Shown in pieces: positions 24,600 to 33,339 of a stretch of 33,339 nt of DNA (within the stretch, counting starts at the first letter, position 1; each line of letters begins with the position of its first letter). A program made the translations under genes and the position numbers. A model generated the notes under the pieces. That model was not told the DNA's origin. It searched no databases and was given only the letters and a program-made list of their open reading frames with translations. This DNA comes from an uncultured Acidobacteriota bacterium (GTDB lineage: Bacteria > Acidobacteriota > Vicinamibacteria > Vicinamibacterales > SCN-69-37), in contig CALFMR010000324.1 in assembly GCA_937880585.1 (NCBI GenBank), positions 1 to 33,339 on the forward strand. The letters are read 5' to 3'.

Positions 24600-25814
24600 T
24601 CATTTCGCCAGCGCGAGAACGCGGCGGATGACGGTCGGGCGCCCGCGAATCGTCTCTTCCTCCCACCCACGCGCGGCGTCGAGCGCCGCGTCCATCGACG
24701 CGCGCGTCGCGGCCACGCGATCGAGCGCGGCGAGAACGGCGTCGGGCGTGACGCGGCCGCGAGGCGAGTCGGCGAGCGGTACCGAGAGGCCCAGCTCGAT
24801 GCAGCGCGCGGCGAGCGCCGGCTGATCGAAAAAGAAGGGATAGGCCACCATCGGCACGCGGTGATAGATGGCTTCGTGCGTCGAGTTGAGGCCGTGGTGC
24901 GTGACGTAGACGGTCGCCTCGCTCAGCACCTGCCACTGGTCAACGTACGATTCGACGCGCACGTTCGGCGTCGAGAGCCACGCGGCCGCATCCGACGGAC
25001 CGGCGCCGCCGAGGCTGACGACCGCTTCGACATCCGGACGATGGGCGATTGCCGTCTTCAGGGCGATGAGCGCGTCGATAGCCGCGTCCGTGTAATAGCG
25101 CCAGATGATTGTCCCGAACGACGCGTAGATGCGCGTCGACACGCCGGGCCGGCCGCTGAAGCGCGTCGCCGCACGCGGTTCGCGCGCGACGCCGTCCGGC
25201 CAGAGCGATCCGATGAACGCCAGCGGCTCGAACGGACGTCGCTCGTCGGGCCGCAGGAATTGCGGCGGTTCGCAGTACAGGTTGAGGTCGGGACTGACGC
25301 CCGACACGTACGAGAACGGCGACGCATCGGCGAGGCCGTGCTCGTCGCGAAGGCGCCGCACGGCGGCAAAACATGCGTCCGACACGCGCACGCGCGGGTC
25401 GTGTTCGAGCGCCGCGATCGTCGGCTGCGGGGCGACGTTGTGGCCGGCGCAGACGTTCACGCGGGGGAGCCCGAGGCAGCGGGCGACGACCGTTCCGATC
25501 ACCGCGAACGTGTCGTGCAGGACGAGCGACGGCCCGAGCGCGCGGGCTTGATCGGCGATCTCGGCGCCGAAGCGCCCCGCAAACGTCACCGACCGCGAGG
25601 CCAAAGGAAGCGATGTCGCGTCGGCTTCGTCCAGCGTATGCCCGGCGAACAGATCAACGAAGCGTCCTCCGGCGCGTTCGATCTCGGTCTGACACGGCCG
25701 GCCGGTGAAGACGTACGGCGCGGCCCCGGCGCGCGCGAGGCCGTCGATGACGGGCAGCAGCCGCGCGAAATGTCCGCGTTCGCCCATCGTGAAAAGGACG
25801 ACGGGACCGGTCAT
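24600..25814 (-). CDS. GT1-family (UDP-glycosyltransferase, MGT/OleD-like) glycosyltransferase
   Basis: ATG at 25814 overlaps the upstream TGA (ATGA). C-terminal UDPGT signature THHGLNSTHEAIYHRVPMVAYPFFFDQP. About 404 aa. Confidence 0.8.
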   Translation of the reverse strand: MTGPVVLFTMGERGHFARLLPVIDGLARAGAAPYVFTGRPCQTEIERAGGRFVDLFAGHTLDEADATSLPLASRSVTFAGRFGAEIADQARALGPSLVLHDTFAVIGTVVARCLGLPRVNVCAGHNVAPQPTIAALEHDPRVRVSDACFAAVRRLRDEHGLADASPFSYVSGVSPDLNLYCEPPQFLRPDERRPFEPLAFIGSLWPDGVAREPRAATRFSGRPGVSTRIYASFGTIIWRYYTDAAIDALIALKTAIAHRPDVEAVVSLGGAGPSDAAAWLSTPNVRVESYVDQWQVLSEATVYVTHHGLNSTHEAIYHRVPMVAYPFFFDQPALAARCIELGLSVPLADSPRGRVTPDAVLAALDRVAATRASMDAALDAARGWEEETIRGRPTVIRRVLALAK

Positions 25815-26683
25815 GGGAGCGGGATGGCTTCGCCGTGAGCCAGTCGTCGAAGCCGATCGATCGGATGCGACACGCGCGGATGCGCCGCGTCCAGCCGCAG
25901 GCACGCGCTGTGGACGAGAACGACGACGGCCCAGAAGCCGAAGTTGGGCAGCGCGACGTCGGCGGGCACGTCTGGCGCGTAGGCTTGAACGAACGCCGAC
26001 CAGCCGTCGGACGGCAGGTCCCAGCGGTACCACGTTCGTGCGAGATCGAAACCGAGATGGTCGATGCCGACGCGCTCGTTGTCGAACACGCGCAGGCGGC
26101 CGGTGGCGTCGACGAGCATGTTCTCGCCGCAGAAGTCGAGGTGCGTCAGTCCGACGGGCGCCTCGTGGGGATCGGCGCGCGACACGGCGTCGGTCAGCCG
26201 CGCGGCCTCGTGTGCGTCGATGGCCGCCGCATTCGCGAGCCGTTCGAGGCCGCGTACCGCGGCTTCGCGGCGCGCGGTCGTGCTGGCCCGCCACGCCGAC
26301 GTGCCGGCGTCAGACCATCGCTTGGCGTGGACGCGCGCGAGCAGCCGTGCGGCTTCTACGACGCGCGCGTGAGGCGGCGGTGCCGATCCCAGGAGATCGC
26401 CCGCGATCCAACGCTCGAAGAGGACGGCTCCGTGTCGCGCGAACGCCGGCACGAACGCGTCGGGCAGACGCCGTCGCATCTCGAACACTCGACGCGCCAT
26501 CGCGTCGTCTTCGACGACGCGCGCTTTGATCGTCTCGCCGGACGCCAGGTCGAGGCGGTACGTCGCGCGGCGATGGTTTGGAAAGTGGGCAGTCGTGACG
26601 TTTTCGACGCGACGCACGTCCAGGCCGGCGTGCGCGATCGCCGCCGCGAGATCGGCGTCGGTCGAAAGGTTTGTCGGGTCCAC
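25811..26683 (-). CDS. APH/protein-kinase-like phosphotransferase
   Basis: Lys in TIKARV, Glu in VFEMRRRL, catalytic HLDFCGENMLVD (HxDxxxxN), metal-binding VFDNE. GTG at 26683 lies 6 nt after GAGG; alternative ATG at 26719. Confidence 0.75.
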   Translation of the reverse strand: MDPTNLSTDADLAAAIAHAGLDVRRVENVTTAHFPNHRRATYRLDLASGETIKARVVEDDAMARRVFEMRRRLPDAFVPAFARHGAVLFERWIAGDLLGSAPPPHARVVEAARLLARVHAKRWSDAGTSAWRASTTARREAAVRGLERLANAAAIDAHEAARLTDAVSRADPHEAPVGLTHLDFCGENMLVDATGRLRVFDNERVGIDHLGFDLARTWYRWDLPSDGWSAFVQAYAPDVPADVALPNFGFWAVVVLVHSACLRLDAAHPRVSHPIDRLRRLAHGEAIPLP

Positions 26684-26691
26684 GTCACGCC

Positions 26692-27924
26692 TCAGGCAGT
26701 CTCGATCGCGTCGAGCCACGCGCCGGCTGGCCGGTCGTAGGCGCGTCGTCCGAGGCGGAGGCGGACCAGTCGGGCGCTCGCCGCGAGGCGCGCGACGAAG
26801 CCGCGCGTCGGGTCGTCAGCGGGCGCCGCGTCGGGCGCGACGCCCCCTATGCTGGCGATGATCGTCCTCACTGCTTGATGTCTCGAGCCGTACACACATG
26901 CGGCCAGACGCGCGCGACCTTCGATCTCGGACACCGTGTCAGTCGTCCATGTCGACTCGTCGTCGACGATTTCTGGAAAGACGACGGCTGAAATCGGCAC
27001 GTGGGCGACGCACGGCGCGCCAAGCCGCGCGGCGAGCTGCCGCGGCGCCAGCGAGAAGTCTCGTCCGCTCGCTGGCACGTTGGCCGCGTCATCTTCAGCT
27101 TCGGTGGAGTGCCGCAGCGCTGGCCGCTCGTCCGGCGCGATCCGCAGCATCGGGAACGACGACAACGTGGCCGGCCGGATGGCAACGAGCGTCGGCACAC
27201 CGTGGGCGGTTGTCGCCTCGTCACCGTCCAGACGGACGACGACGCGATCATTCGCGATGAGACCCGTGCGGCCTGACGCCAGCGCGTGGCAGAGCAGCGA
27301 TGTCTTGCCCGCGCGCCGCGGACCGGCAACGATGACTGCGCGTCCGCCCACGTCGAACGCCGCGGCGTGCAGGTCGAGGCATGTCTCGATCGACGCGCTC
27401 ACCGACGTCAGCCGTTCGCGCACGACGCGCATGAGGCCGATACGTGCGCGCCGCGCGTCGGGTGGCGCGACGACGTCGATGCGATCGCGCGTCACGCGAT
27501 AACCGCAGTCGATCTCGTCGTCCGCAACGACGATCGCGTCGCCATCGTTCCATCCCGGCAGCGTGACGACGCGGCGATCGAGCGCGAAGCAAGGCACGAG
27601 GCGAGTTGGCGTCGTCGCACGTTGGAGCCGAAGGGCGGCGAAGGCGTCGAGTGACGAGTCGAAGCGCACGACGACATCGGCCGCTCCAGTGCGCGTTGTC
27701 GCCATCCACGGCGTGAGGAACTCCTCCAGCCATCGGCCGGCATCAGCCGAGCTCGATTCGACGTCGACACGCGCGGCGCCGAACGCATAGCAGGTCGCGT
27801 GCGACGCGCCCGGGCGGCGCGGCACCGCGCGCCTCGTTTGAACGGCGTTCACGCTCGCATCATGGCTCGACTCGCCGGCCTGCTCCAAGTCCGCCGTGCT
27901 AACGTAAGTGATATCGGAGGGCAT
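26692..27924 (-). CDS. HPr kinase (HprK) C-terminal-domain-like P-loop kinase with extended N-terminal region
   Basis: [31 protein letters not shown] (Walker A in an HprK-like context), then LIANDRVVV. 410 aa if ATG 27924 is used; alternative GTG starts at 27852 and 27825. Confidence 0.65.
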   Translation of the reverse strand: MPSDITYVSTADLEQAGESSHDASVNAVQTRRAVPRRPGASHATCYAFGAARVDVESSSADAGRWLEEFLTPWMATTRTGAADVVVRFDSSLDAFAALRLQRATTPTRLVPCFALDRRVVTLPGWNDGDAIVVADDEIDCGYRVTRDRIDVVAPPDARRARIGLMRVVRERLTSVSASIETCLDLHAAAFDVGGRAVIVAGPRRAGKTSLLCHALASGRTGLIANDRVVVRLDGDEATTAHGVPTLVAIRPATLSSFPMLRIAPDERPALRHSTEAEDDAANVPASGRDFSLAPRQLAARLGAPCVAHVPISAVVFPEIVDDESTWTTDTVSEIEGRARLAACVYGSRHQAVRTIIASIGGVAPDAAPADDPTRGFVARLAASARLVRLRLGRRAYDRPAGAWLDAIETA

Positions 27925-27926
27925 CA

Positions 27927-28901
27927 GTGACGAGGCGGATGGCGTTCGTCGATGGGCAGGAAGGCACCACGGGGCTGCGCATTCGCGACGTGCTCGCGGG
28001 GCGCGACGACATCGAGGTCCTCCGCATCGACCCGGACAAACGCAAGGACCCGGCTGAACGCGCGCGGCTGCTGAACGCGGCCGACGTCGCGTTTCTGTGT
28101 CTGCCCGACGCGGCCGCCCGCGAGGCGGCGGCGCTCGTCACGAATCCGAAGACGTGTCTCATCGACGCGAGCACCGCGCACCGGACGTCGCCTGACTGGG
28201 TGTTCGGGCTGCCGGAGCTTGCGCCCGATCAGCGCGCGCGCATCCGCGCGTCGACGCGCATCGCCAATCCCGGCTGTCACTCGACCGCGTTCATCCTGCT
28301 CGTACGGCCGCTCGTCGATGCGGGCCTGTTGCCGGCGTCGCATCCGGTGACGGCGACGTCGATCACCGGCTACTCGGGCGGCGGGCGGAAGATGATCGAG
28401 CAGTACGAGCAGAGCGGCGATCCGGTACTCACCGCGCCGCGTCCGTACGCGCTCACGCTCGCGCACAAGCATCTGCCCGAAATGACGATGCACGCGGGCC
28501 TCACGGTGCCGCCGGCGTTCCTGCCGGTCGTCAGCAACTACTACAAGGGGCTGGCGGTCACCGTCCCCCTGCACCTGTCGGCGTTCGCGCCGGGCACGAC
28601 CGCGCGCGACGTACACGCCGCGATCGAACGCCGCTACGCCGGCGAGCGCTTCGTGCGCGTGCAGGCGCTCGACGATCCCGACACGCTCGCGCGTGGTTTC
28701 GACGTGCAGGCGTCGAACGACACGAACGTCGTCGACCTCTTCGTCTTCGGCAACGCGTCGCAGGCGTTGCTCATCGGCCGGCTCGACAACCTCGGCAAAG
28801 GCGCGAGCGGTGCGGCCGTGCAGGCGATGAACGTGCACTTCGGGCTGGATGAAGGGCTCGGCCTCGAGTCGCGCGTGCCCGCGTTGTCGCACGCCCACTG
28901 A
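27927..28901 (+). CDS. argC: N-acetyl-gamma-glutamyl-phosphate reductase (short, type 2)
   Basis: [13 protein letters not shown], active-site [32 protein letters not shown] at 27927 lies 5 nt after GGAGGG; alternative ATG at 27939. Confidence 0.9.
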   Translation: MTRRMAFVDGQEGTTGLRIRDVLAGRDDIEVLRIDPDKRKDPAERARLLNAADVAFLCLPDAAAREAAALVTNPKTCLIDASTAHRTSPDWVFGLPELAPDQRARIRASTRIANPGCHSTAFILLVRPLVDAGLLPASHPVTATSITGYSGGGRKMIEQYEQSGDPVLTAPRPYALTLAHKHLPEMTMHAGLTVPPAFLPVVSNYYKGLAVTVPLHLSAFAPGTTARDVHAAIERRYAGERFVRVQALDDPDTLARGFDVQASNDTNVVDLFVFGNASQALLIGRLDNLGKGASGAAVQAMNVHFGLDEGLGLESRVPALSHAH

Positions 28902-29008
28902 CGCGTCCCACGCGTCGAGTTGCGCCGCGCCCTTCGGATAGAATCCTCCGCCGGCATGATCCTGGCCCGCGACTGGATGAGCCTGACGCGCGCCGCGCCG
29001 CGCGACTC

Positions 29009-31207
29009 ATGACTGGTGGTCCCGCGCATACGGTCGGCGAGCGCGTCGGTCCGTACGAAATCCAGGCACTCGTCGGACGCGGCGGCATGGGCGAGGTCTA
29101 TCGCGCCGCCGACACCAGGCTTGGGCGGACCGTCGCGCTCAAGTTCGTTCACGGGGCCGACGCCGGACGTCTCGCGCGCGAGGCGCGCGCGGTCGCCGCG
29201 CTCAACCATCCGCACATCTGCACGCTCTACGACGCCGGGCCGGACTACCTCGTCATGGAGTACGTCGACGGACAGCCGCTCCGCGGGCCGATCGCACCGG
29301 CACTCGCCGTCCGCTACGCGCGTCAGACGGCATCTGCCCTCCAGGCCGCGCACGCGCGCGGCATCGTCCATCGCGACCTGAAGCCGGCGAATATCCTCGT
29401 GACCGACGCCGGCATCAAGCTGCTCGACTTCGGCGTGGCGCGGATGGTCGGGCCGGCGAGCGATGGCGCGGAGGCGCCGACGGCGACCGTGACGTCGGCC
29501 GGGACGATCGTGGGCACGGCAGCCTACATGGCTCCGGAACAAGCGTCGGGCGGGCCGGTCGACGCGCGATCGGATCTCTTTGCGCTTGGCGCGGTGCTGT
29601 ACGAGGTGCTCAGCGGCCGCTCCGCGTTCGAGCGGCCGACCTTCGTCGAAACCCTCGGCGCGATCCTGCACGACGAGCCGGATCCGATCGACGCGCCGCC
29701 TGGCCTGCGCGGCGTCGTGGTCCGGTGCCTGCGCAAGCGCCCCGCGGAACGGTACCAATCGGCGACGGATCTGATTGGTGCGCTCGATCGCGTCGACGCG
29801 GCTGGGGAGGCGCCGACCCGTCCGTCGATCGCGGTGCTGCCGTTCGCGAATTTCGGCGGCGACCGCGACGACGATTACTTCGGCGACGGACTGGCGGAAG
29901 AGATTCTCAACGCGTTGGCACGGACGCCCGGACTGCAGGTTACCGCGCGGACGTCGTCGTTCGCCTTTCGCGGCCGAGACGAAGACGTGCGCGCGATCGG
30001 CGAGACGCTCGGTGTCGGCCATGTACTCGAGGGCAGCGTCCGGCGCGCGGGCAGGCGGATTCGCGTCACGGCGCAGCTCATCAATGCCGCCGACGGCTAC
30101 CATCTGTGGTCCGAGCGCTTCGATCGCGAGCTCACCGACGTGTTCGCCGTGCAGGACGAGATCGCCGCGGCGATCTCGGACGCCCTTCGGCTGAAGCTCG
30201 TGCCGAAGCCGCCGGCCCCGGCGCGCTACCGTCCGGCGCTGCCCGCCTATGACGCCTTTCTGGAAGGCCGGCATCTGCTGCTCGAGATCCGCGACCGTCT
30301 GCCGCAGGCCGTCGACGCCTTCGCGCGATCGATCGCGCTCGATCCCGGCTACGCGGAGCCGCATCTGGAGCTCGCGAGCTGCCACGTGCTCCTTTGGTAC
30401 TTCGGCCTCGAGCGCAGCGGTGATGCTGCCGCGGTGGTGCGGGATGAAGTGCAGGCGGCGGCCGGGCTCGGGCGCGTGACGCCGCGAGGCGAGGCCCTGC
30501 GCGGCATTGTCTCGGCCGCCTTCGACTACGACTGGGCGCACGCGGAGCGTCAGTTCGCCGCGTCGCTCGCCGAGCGCCACGGCGCCGAAGCTGAAGCACG
30601 CTGGTGCTACGCGACGTTCTGGCTCGCGCCGTTCGGACGCTTTGCCGAGGCCATCGCGCTCGTCGGCGAGTCCGTGCAGGCCGATCCGCTGAACGTCGCG
30701 TGGCGCACGTCGCGCGCGCACCTGCACGGCCTGGCTGGCGATCACACGGCGGTCATCGATGAGACGCGCGAGATCCTCGCGCGCGATCCGTCCCAATGGA
30801 TCGGGCAACTGTACGGCGCGGAAGCCAATTGGGCAACCGGGCAGACGAGCAAGGCGCTGGCGCTCATCGAGGCCGGTCATCGGTTGGTTCCCTGGCATGC
30901 CCGAACGTCGGGCATGTTCGCGGCGCTCCTGGATCTGTCGGGGGAGCGCGTGCGCGCGGACGAGATCGTCGGCCGGCTGACGGCGACACCCGACGCGCCA
31001 GGCGCTGCCACCGGGCTCGTCGTCCACGCCGTGATGACCGGCGACATCGAAGCCGCGGCGCGCTGGTGGGCCCGCGCAATCGATCAGCGCGATCTGTGGG
31101 TGATTTTCAACGCGCGTGCCTGGTTCACGCGCGAGCTACGCGCGAGCCCACACTGGCCGGCGCTTGCCGCAAGGATGGGGCTGCCATCAGACGCGGCGTC
31201 CGCCTGA
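29009..31207 (+). CDS. Ser/Thr protein kinase with TolB-N-like and TPR-like C-terminal region
   Basis: GRGGMGEVY, VALK, HRDLKPANILV, DFGVAR, GTAAYMAPE. Then PSIAVLPFANFGGDRDDDYFGDGLAEEI and a helical-repeat tail. Confidence 0.9.
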   Translation: MTGGPAHTVGERVGPYEIQALVGRGGMGEVYRAADTRLGRTVALKFVHGADAGRLAREARAVAALNHPHICTLYDAGPDYLVMEYVDGQPLRGPIAPALAVRYARQTASALQAAHARGIVHRDLKPANILVTDAGIKLLDFGVARMVGPASDGAEAPTATVTSAGTIVGTAAYMAPEQASGGPVDARSDLFALGAVLYEVLSGRSAFERPTFVETLGAILHDEPDPIDAPPGLRGVVVRCLRKRPAERYQSATDLIGALDRVDAAGEAPTRPSIAVLPFANFGGDRDDDYFGDGLAEEILNALARTPGLQVTARTSSFAFRGRDEDVRAIGETLGVGHVLEGSVRRAGRRIRVTAQLINAADGYHLWSERFDRELTDVFAVQDEIAAAISDALRLKLVPKPPAPARYRPALPAYDAFLEGRHLLLEIRDRLPQAVDAFARSIALDPGYAEPHLELASCHVLLWYFGLERSGDAAAVVRDEVQAAAGLGRVTPRGEALRGIVSAAFDYDWAHAERQFAASLAERHGAEAEARWCYATFWLAPFGRFAEAIALVGESVQADPLNVAWRTSRAHLHGLAGDHTAVIDETREILARDPSQWIGQLYGAEANWATGQTSKALALIEAGHRLVPWHARTSGMFAALLDLSGERVRADEIVGRLTATPDAPGAATGLVVHAVMTGDIEAAARWWARAIDQRDLWVIFNARAWFTRELRASPHWPALAARMGLPSDAASA

Positions 31208-31270
31208 CGCACCGCGAGTCGGTCCCGTGCGTTTCACAGCGCGCACTTCGGCACCGTCGGGTTCATCGAC

Positions 31271-31305
31271 TTCTGGCTTCTGGCTTCAAACTTCTGACTT
31301 GTCAG
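31271..31305. repeat. tandem heptanucleotide array (5 units, TTCTGGC-like; reverse complement GCCAGAA)
   Basis: TTCTGGC TTCTGGC TTCAAAC TTCTGAC TTGTCAG sits in the convergent spacer between the kinase and the pspC-domain gene. The last unit overlaps the pspC-domain stop codon. Confidence 0.65.
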
Positions 31306-32483
31306 AGCGCTCTCAGCCGCAACCCCACACGCGTGCCAGCGTTGAGCAATGAGTCGGTCGATCGTTGCAGTCCGTGCCACACATCGGGCAGGTTCTGGAA
31401 GAAGCGGCGCAGGACGTCGCGGATCTCGGGACCGTGCGTCGACGCGATCCAGATCATTACACCGATGACGGCGAGCCACAGCAGGCCGTCCCACGCCGCG
31501 TACCAGCCGTAGGTCTGTCGTGCCGCATGACGCGCGGCGTGGAACGGCGCCATGACCATCAAGTAGAGAACGAACGCGCCGAGAAGCGCCGCCCACACCG
31601 GGATGTCCGGCGGCAGCGTCCAGCCGAGCACGGCGTGCGTGTTGACGAGCGAGACGACGACGAAGGCGAGCGCGAGGAGACCGACGACGCTCACGAGCAC
31701 GAAGAGTGGCATGAGCAGGCCGAGGCCCACGTGCGCCGCGTAGCCCATCGGTGGACGCGGTGGTGGCGTCCACCATTGATACTGGCGATCGCGCTCGGCC
31801 TGGCGCCAGCGGCGACGTTCACGCGCCCGCGCACGGCGCGCCTCGTGGCGGGCGCGGCTCTGCTGCCAGTGGCGTCGGCCCCACGTCTGTCCCTCCCTCA
31901 GGTTCTGGCGCGCGCGATCGATGAGCTCGCGCGCATTGAAGGGCAGTCCGTGCGCGGCGGCGCGCTCTTCGGACGTGTCCGCGTGGGGGATGACGAACAT
32001 CAGGATGAGGTAGACGAGCACCCAGATGCCCTGCGTCGCGATCGCCAGAATGACGAAGACGATGCGGACGATCGTGACGTCGATGTTGAAGTAGGCGGCG
32101 AGACCCGTGCAGACGCCGCTGAACATTGCGCCTTCGCGGATCTGGTACAGCCGCTTCGGCGCCGCGCCGGCGTGCGCGTCGTCACGCGAATTCGATGAGG
32201 CATCACCCGCGTCGGCCGCCTCGCCTGCGGGCGGATCGACCGGGCCCATCTCCTTCAGGACCTCGTCGATCTCCGCCGACGCGATGACGTTCTTGTGCGC
32301 GCCGAGATGCCGCTGGCACTTGTCGGCAATCGCCTGCTCGAGATCGGCCATGATCTCGGCGCGATCCGGGTTGTCGGCGAGCGTGGCCGACGCGCGGTCG
32401 AGGTAGGCGACGAGCGCGCCATAGGCGCTCTCCTCGAGTTGATAGGCGGCGCCGTTCAGGTTGACGGTGATGACCTTCTGCAT
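31302..32483 (-). CDS. PspC-domain membrane protein
   Basis: KRLYQIREGAMFSGVCTGLAAYFNIDVTIVRIVFVILAI is a PspC domain, with several further TM segments. Lies 3 nt downstream of padR. Confidence 0.85.
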   Translation of the reverse strand: MQKVITVNLNGAAYQLEESAYGALVAYLDRASATLADNPDRAEIMADLEQAIADKCQRHLGAHKNVIASAEIDEVLKEMGPVDPPAGEAADAGDASSNSRDDAHAGAAPKRLYQIREGAMFSGVCTGLAAYFNIDVTIVRIVFVILAIATQGIWVLVYLILMFVIPHADTSEERAAAHGLPFNARELIDRARQNLREGQTWGRRHWQQSRARHEARRARARERRRWRQAERDRQYQWWTPPPRPPMGYAAHVGLGLLMPLFVLVSVVGLLALAFVVVSLVNTHAVLGWTLPPDIPVWAALLGAFVLYLMVMAPFHAARHAARQTYGWYAAWDGLLWLAVIGVMIWIASTHGPEIRDVLRRFFQNLPDVWHGLQRSTDSLLNAGTRVGLRLRAL

Positions 32484-32486
32484 GGC

Positions 32487-32810
32487 TTAGCGCCCCAACT
32501 GACTGATCGTGGTGTTGATGGTCTTCCAGTACTCGTCGAGGTCCGCGAGCTGGGCCCGGCCCTTCGCGGTCAGGCCGTAGTACTTGCGCGGCGGGCCTGC
32601 GTCGGACTCGCGCCACTCGTAGTCGACGAGCCCTTCGCGGCGCATCTTGCTGAGGAGCGGATAGAGCGTGCCCTCCTGCGTCGCGAACTCGGTCGTGCTG
32701 AGCTTCTTGAGCATGTCGGCGACGTACACCTTCTCGCCTGCGACGATCTTGAGGATCAGGAACTCGAGCAGTCCCTTCCGGATCGCGGTGAACTTGTCGG
32801 CGTCGACCAT
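32487..32810 (-). CDS. PadR-family transcriptional regulator
   Basis: ATG at 32810. GLLEFLILKIVAGEKVYVADMLKKL, GTLYPLLSKMRREGLV, RKYYGLTAKG. The track ORF starts at TTG 32846, inside the palindrome. Confidence 0.85.
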   Translation of the reverse strand: MVDADKFTAIRKGLLEFLILKIVAGEKVYVADMLKKLSTTEFATQEGTLYPLLSKMRREGLVDYEWRESDAGPPRKYYGLTAKGRAQLADLDEYWKTINTTISQLGR

Positions 32811-32820
32811 GTCGTGGCTA

Positions 32821-32844
32821 GCTACCTTGTCATGACAAGGTAGC
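32821..32844. promoter_or_regulatory. perfect 24-bp palindrome, candidate PadR operator
   Basis: GCTACCTTGTCA|TGACAAGGTAGC lies 11-34 nt upstream of the padR ATG. Confidence 0.6.
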
Positions 32845-33025
32845 AATGGGCTGGAAGGTTGTCAACTCGCGTTGCCGAACGGCGAGTCTCGAGGGGGAGA
32901 GCCGTGTTCGGCAAGAGACGGACGGCGGTCCCGCCCGGACGCGTGCGCTCTGACGCGCACCATCCGCCGACCGCCGTTCGAGTAGCGCAGACGTACGACC
33001 ATGGCTCCCTGATAAGGTCTGTGGG

Positions 33026-33339
33026 ATGCCACGATTTCACCTTGACGCCGAGCTGTTGATCGACCGGCCACTCGACCAGGTGCGCGCCTTCTTCGCCGAT
33101 GCCGACAGCCCCGTGCGCTGGGATCGATCGGTGAGCAAGGTCATCTGCACGTCGCCGTTTGCGGTCGGCGCGAAATTCGTGACCATCGGTCCCTCCCGCC
33201 ACGGACGCGAAGGCAAGCGTTCGGAATATCAGGTGATCGCGGTCGGTGACGATGAGAGCCAGGTCCAGCTCGTGAATTCGCCGCTCTTCAAATCGGCTGT
33301 ATGGACCATGCGTCTCGCCGACAAGGGCAGCGGTACGAG
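33026..33339 (+). CDS. SRPBCC-family protein (3' end runs off the right edge)
   Basis: Hand translation from ATG 33026: MPRFHLDAELLIDRPLDQVRAFFADADSPVRWDRSVSKVICTSPFAVGAKFVTIG. No stop before the window end. Divergent from padR. Confidence 0.65.
   Translation, partial: MPRFHLDAELLIDRPLDQVRAFFADADSPVRWDRSVSKVICTSPFAVGAKFVTIGPSRHGREGKRSEYQVIAVGDDESQVQLVNSPLFKSAVWTMRLADKGSGT

Noticed and set aside
32811-32846. PadR start at TTG 32846 as given by the ORF track.
   Set aside because: It would place the perfect 24-bp palindrome in the coding sequence and add 12 residues (MLPCHDKVASHD) not typical of PadR N-termini. ATG 32810 gives the usual architecture.

Overview
Very GC-rich bacterial chromosomal segment. 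The gene content (TIGR03436-type VWFA-related protein, ExeA-like ATPase, Ku/LigD, a Ser/Thr kinase with TPR tail) suggests an Acidobacteria-like soil bacterium; this is inference, not a search result. I call about 33 protein-coding genes and 2 tRNAs (His-GTG, Arg-TCT). No rRNA, CRISPR array, transposase or integrase was seen. Most of the window is ordinary: a DUF167 gene, a radical SAM gene, a VWA gene, gluQ, a divergent ligD/ku NHEJ pair, and an ExeA-like ATPase. There is also a four-gene tetR-MFP-RND-OMP efflux operon with overlapping stop/start codons, an SDR, an alpha/beta hydrolase, an MFS transporter, a LysM/LAS peptidase, argC, a Ser/Thr kinase, a padR-pspC pair and two SRPBCC genes. 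Three things stand out. (1) A cassette at 23446-27924 combines an HprK-like P-loop kinase, an APH-like kinase, a GT1 glycosyltransferase and a PF14907-like nucleotidyltransferase. It looks like RiPP-type (lasso peptide) tailoring, but there is no cyclase, protease, RRE, exporter or visible precursor. (2) A gene-poor 1.36-kb interval next to tRNA-His (10743-12102) holds two tandem paralogous ~100-aa proteins of unrecognised family plus several unexplained DNA motifs. (3) A ~76-nt REP-like element occurs at least twice; its 9-bp hairpin stem keeps pairing through a compensatory double change. One copy follows a tandem heptanucleotide array that supplies the C-terminal tail and stop codon of a hydrolase gene. 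All family assignments come from motifs read by eye in the supplied translations; no database search was run.
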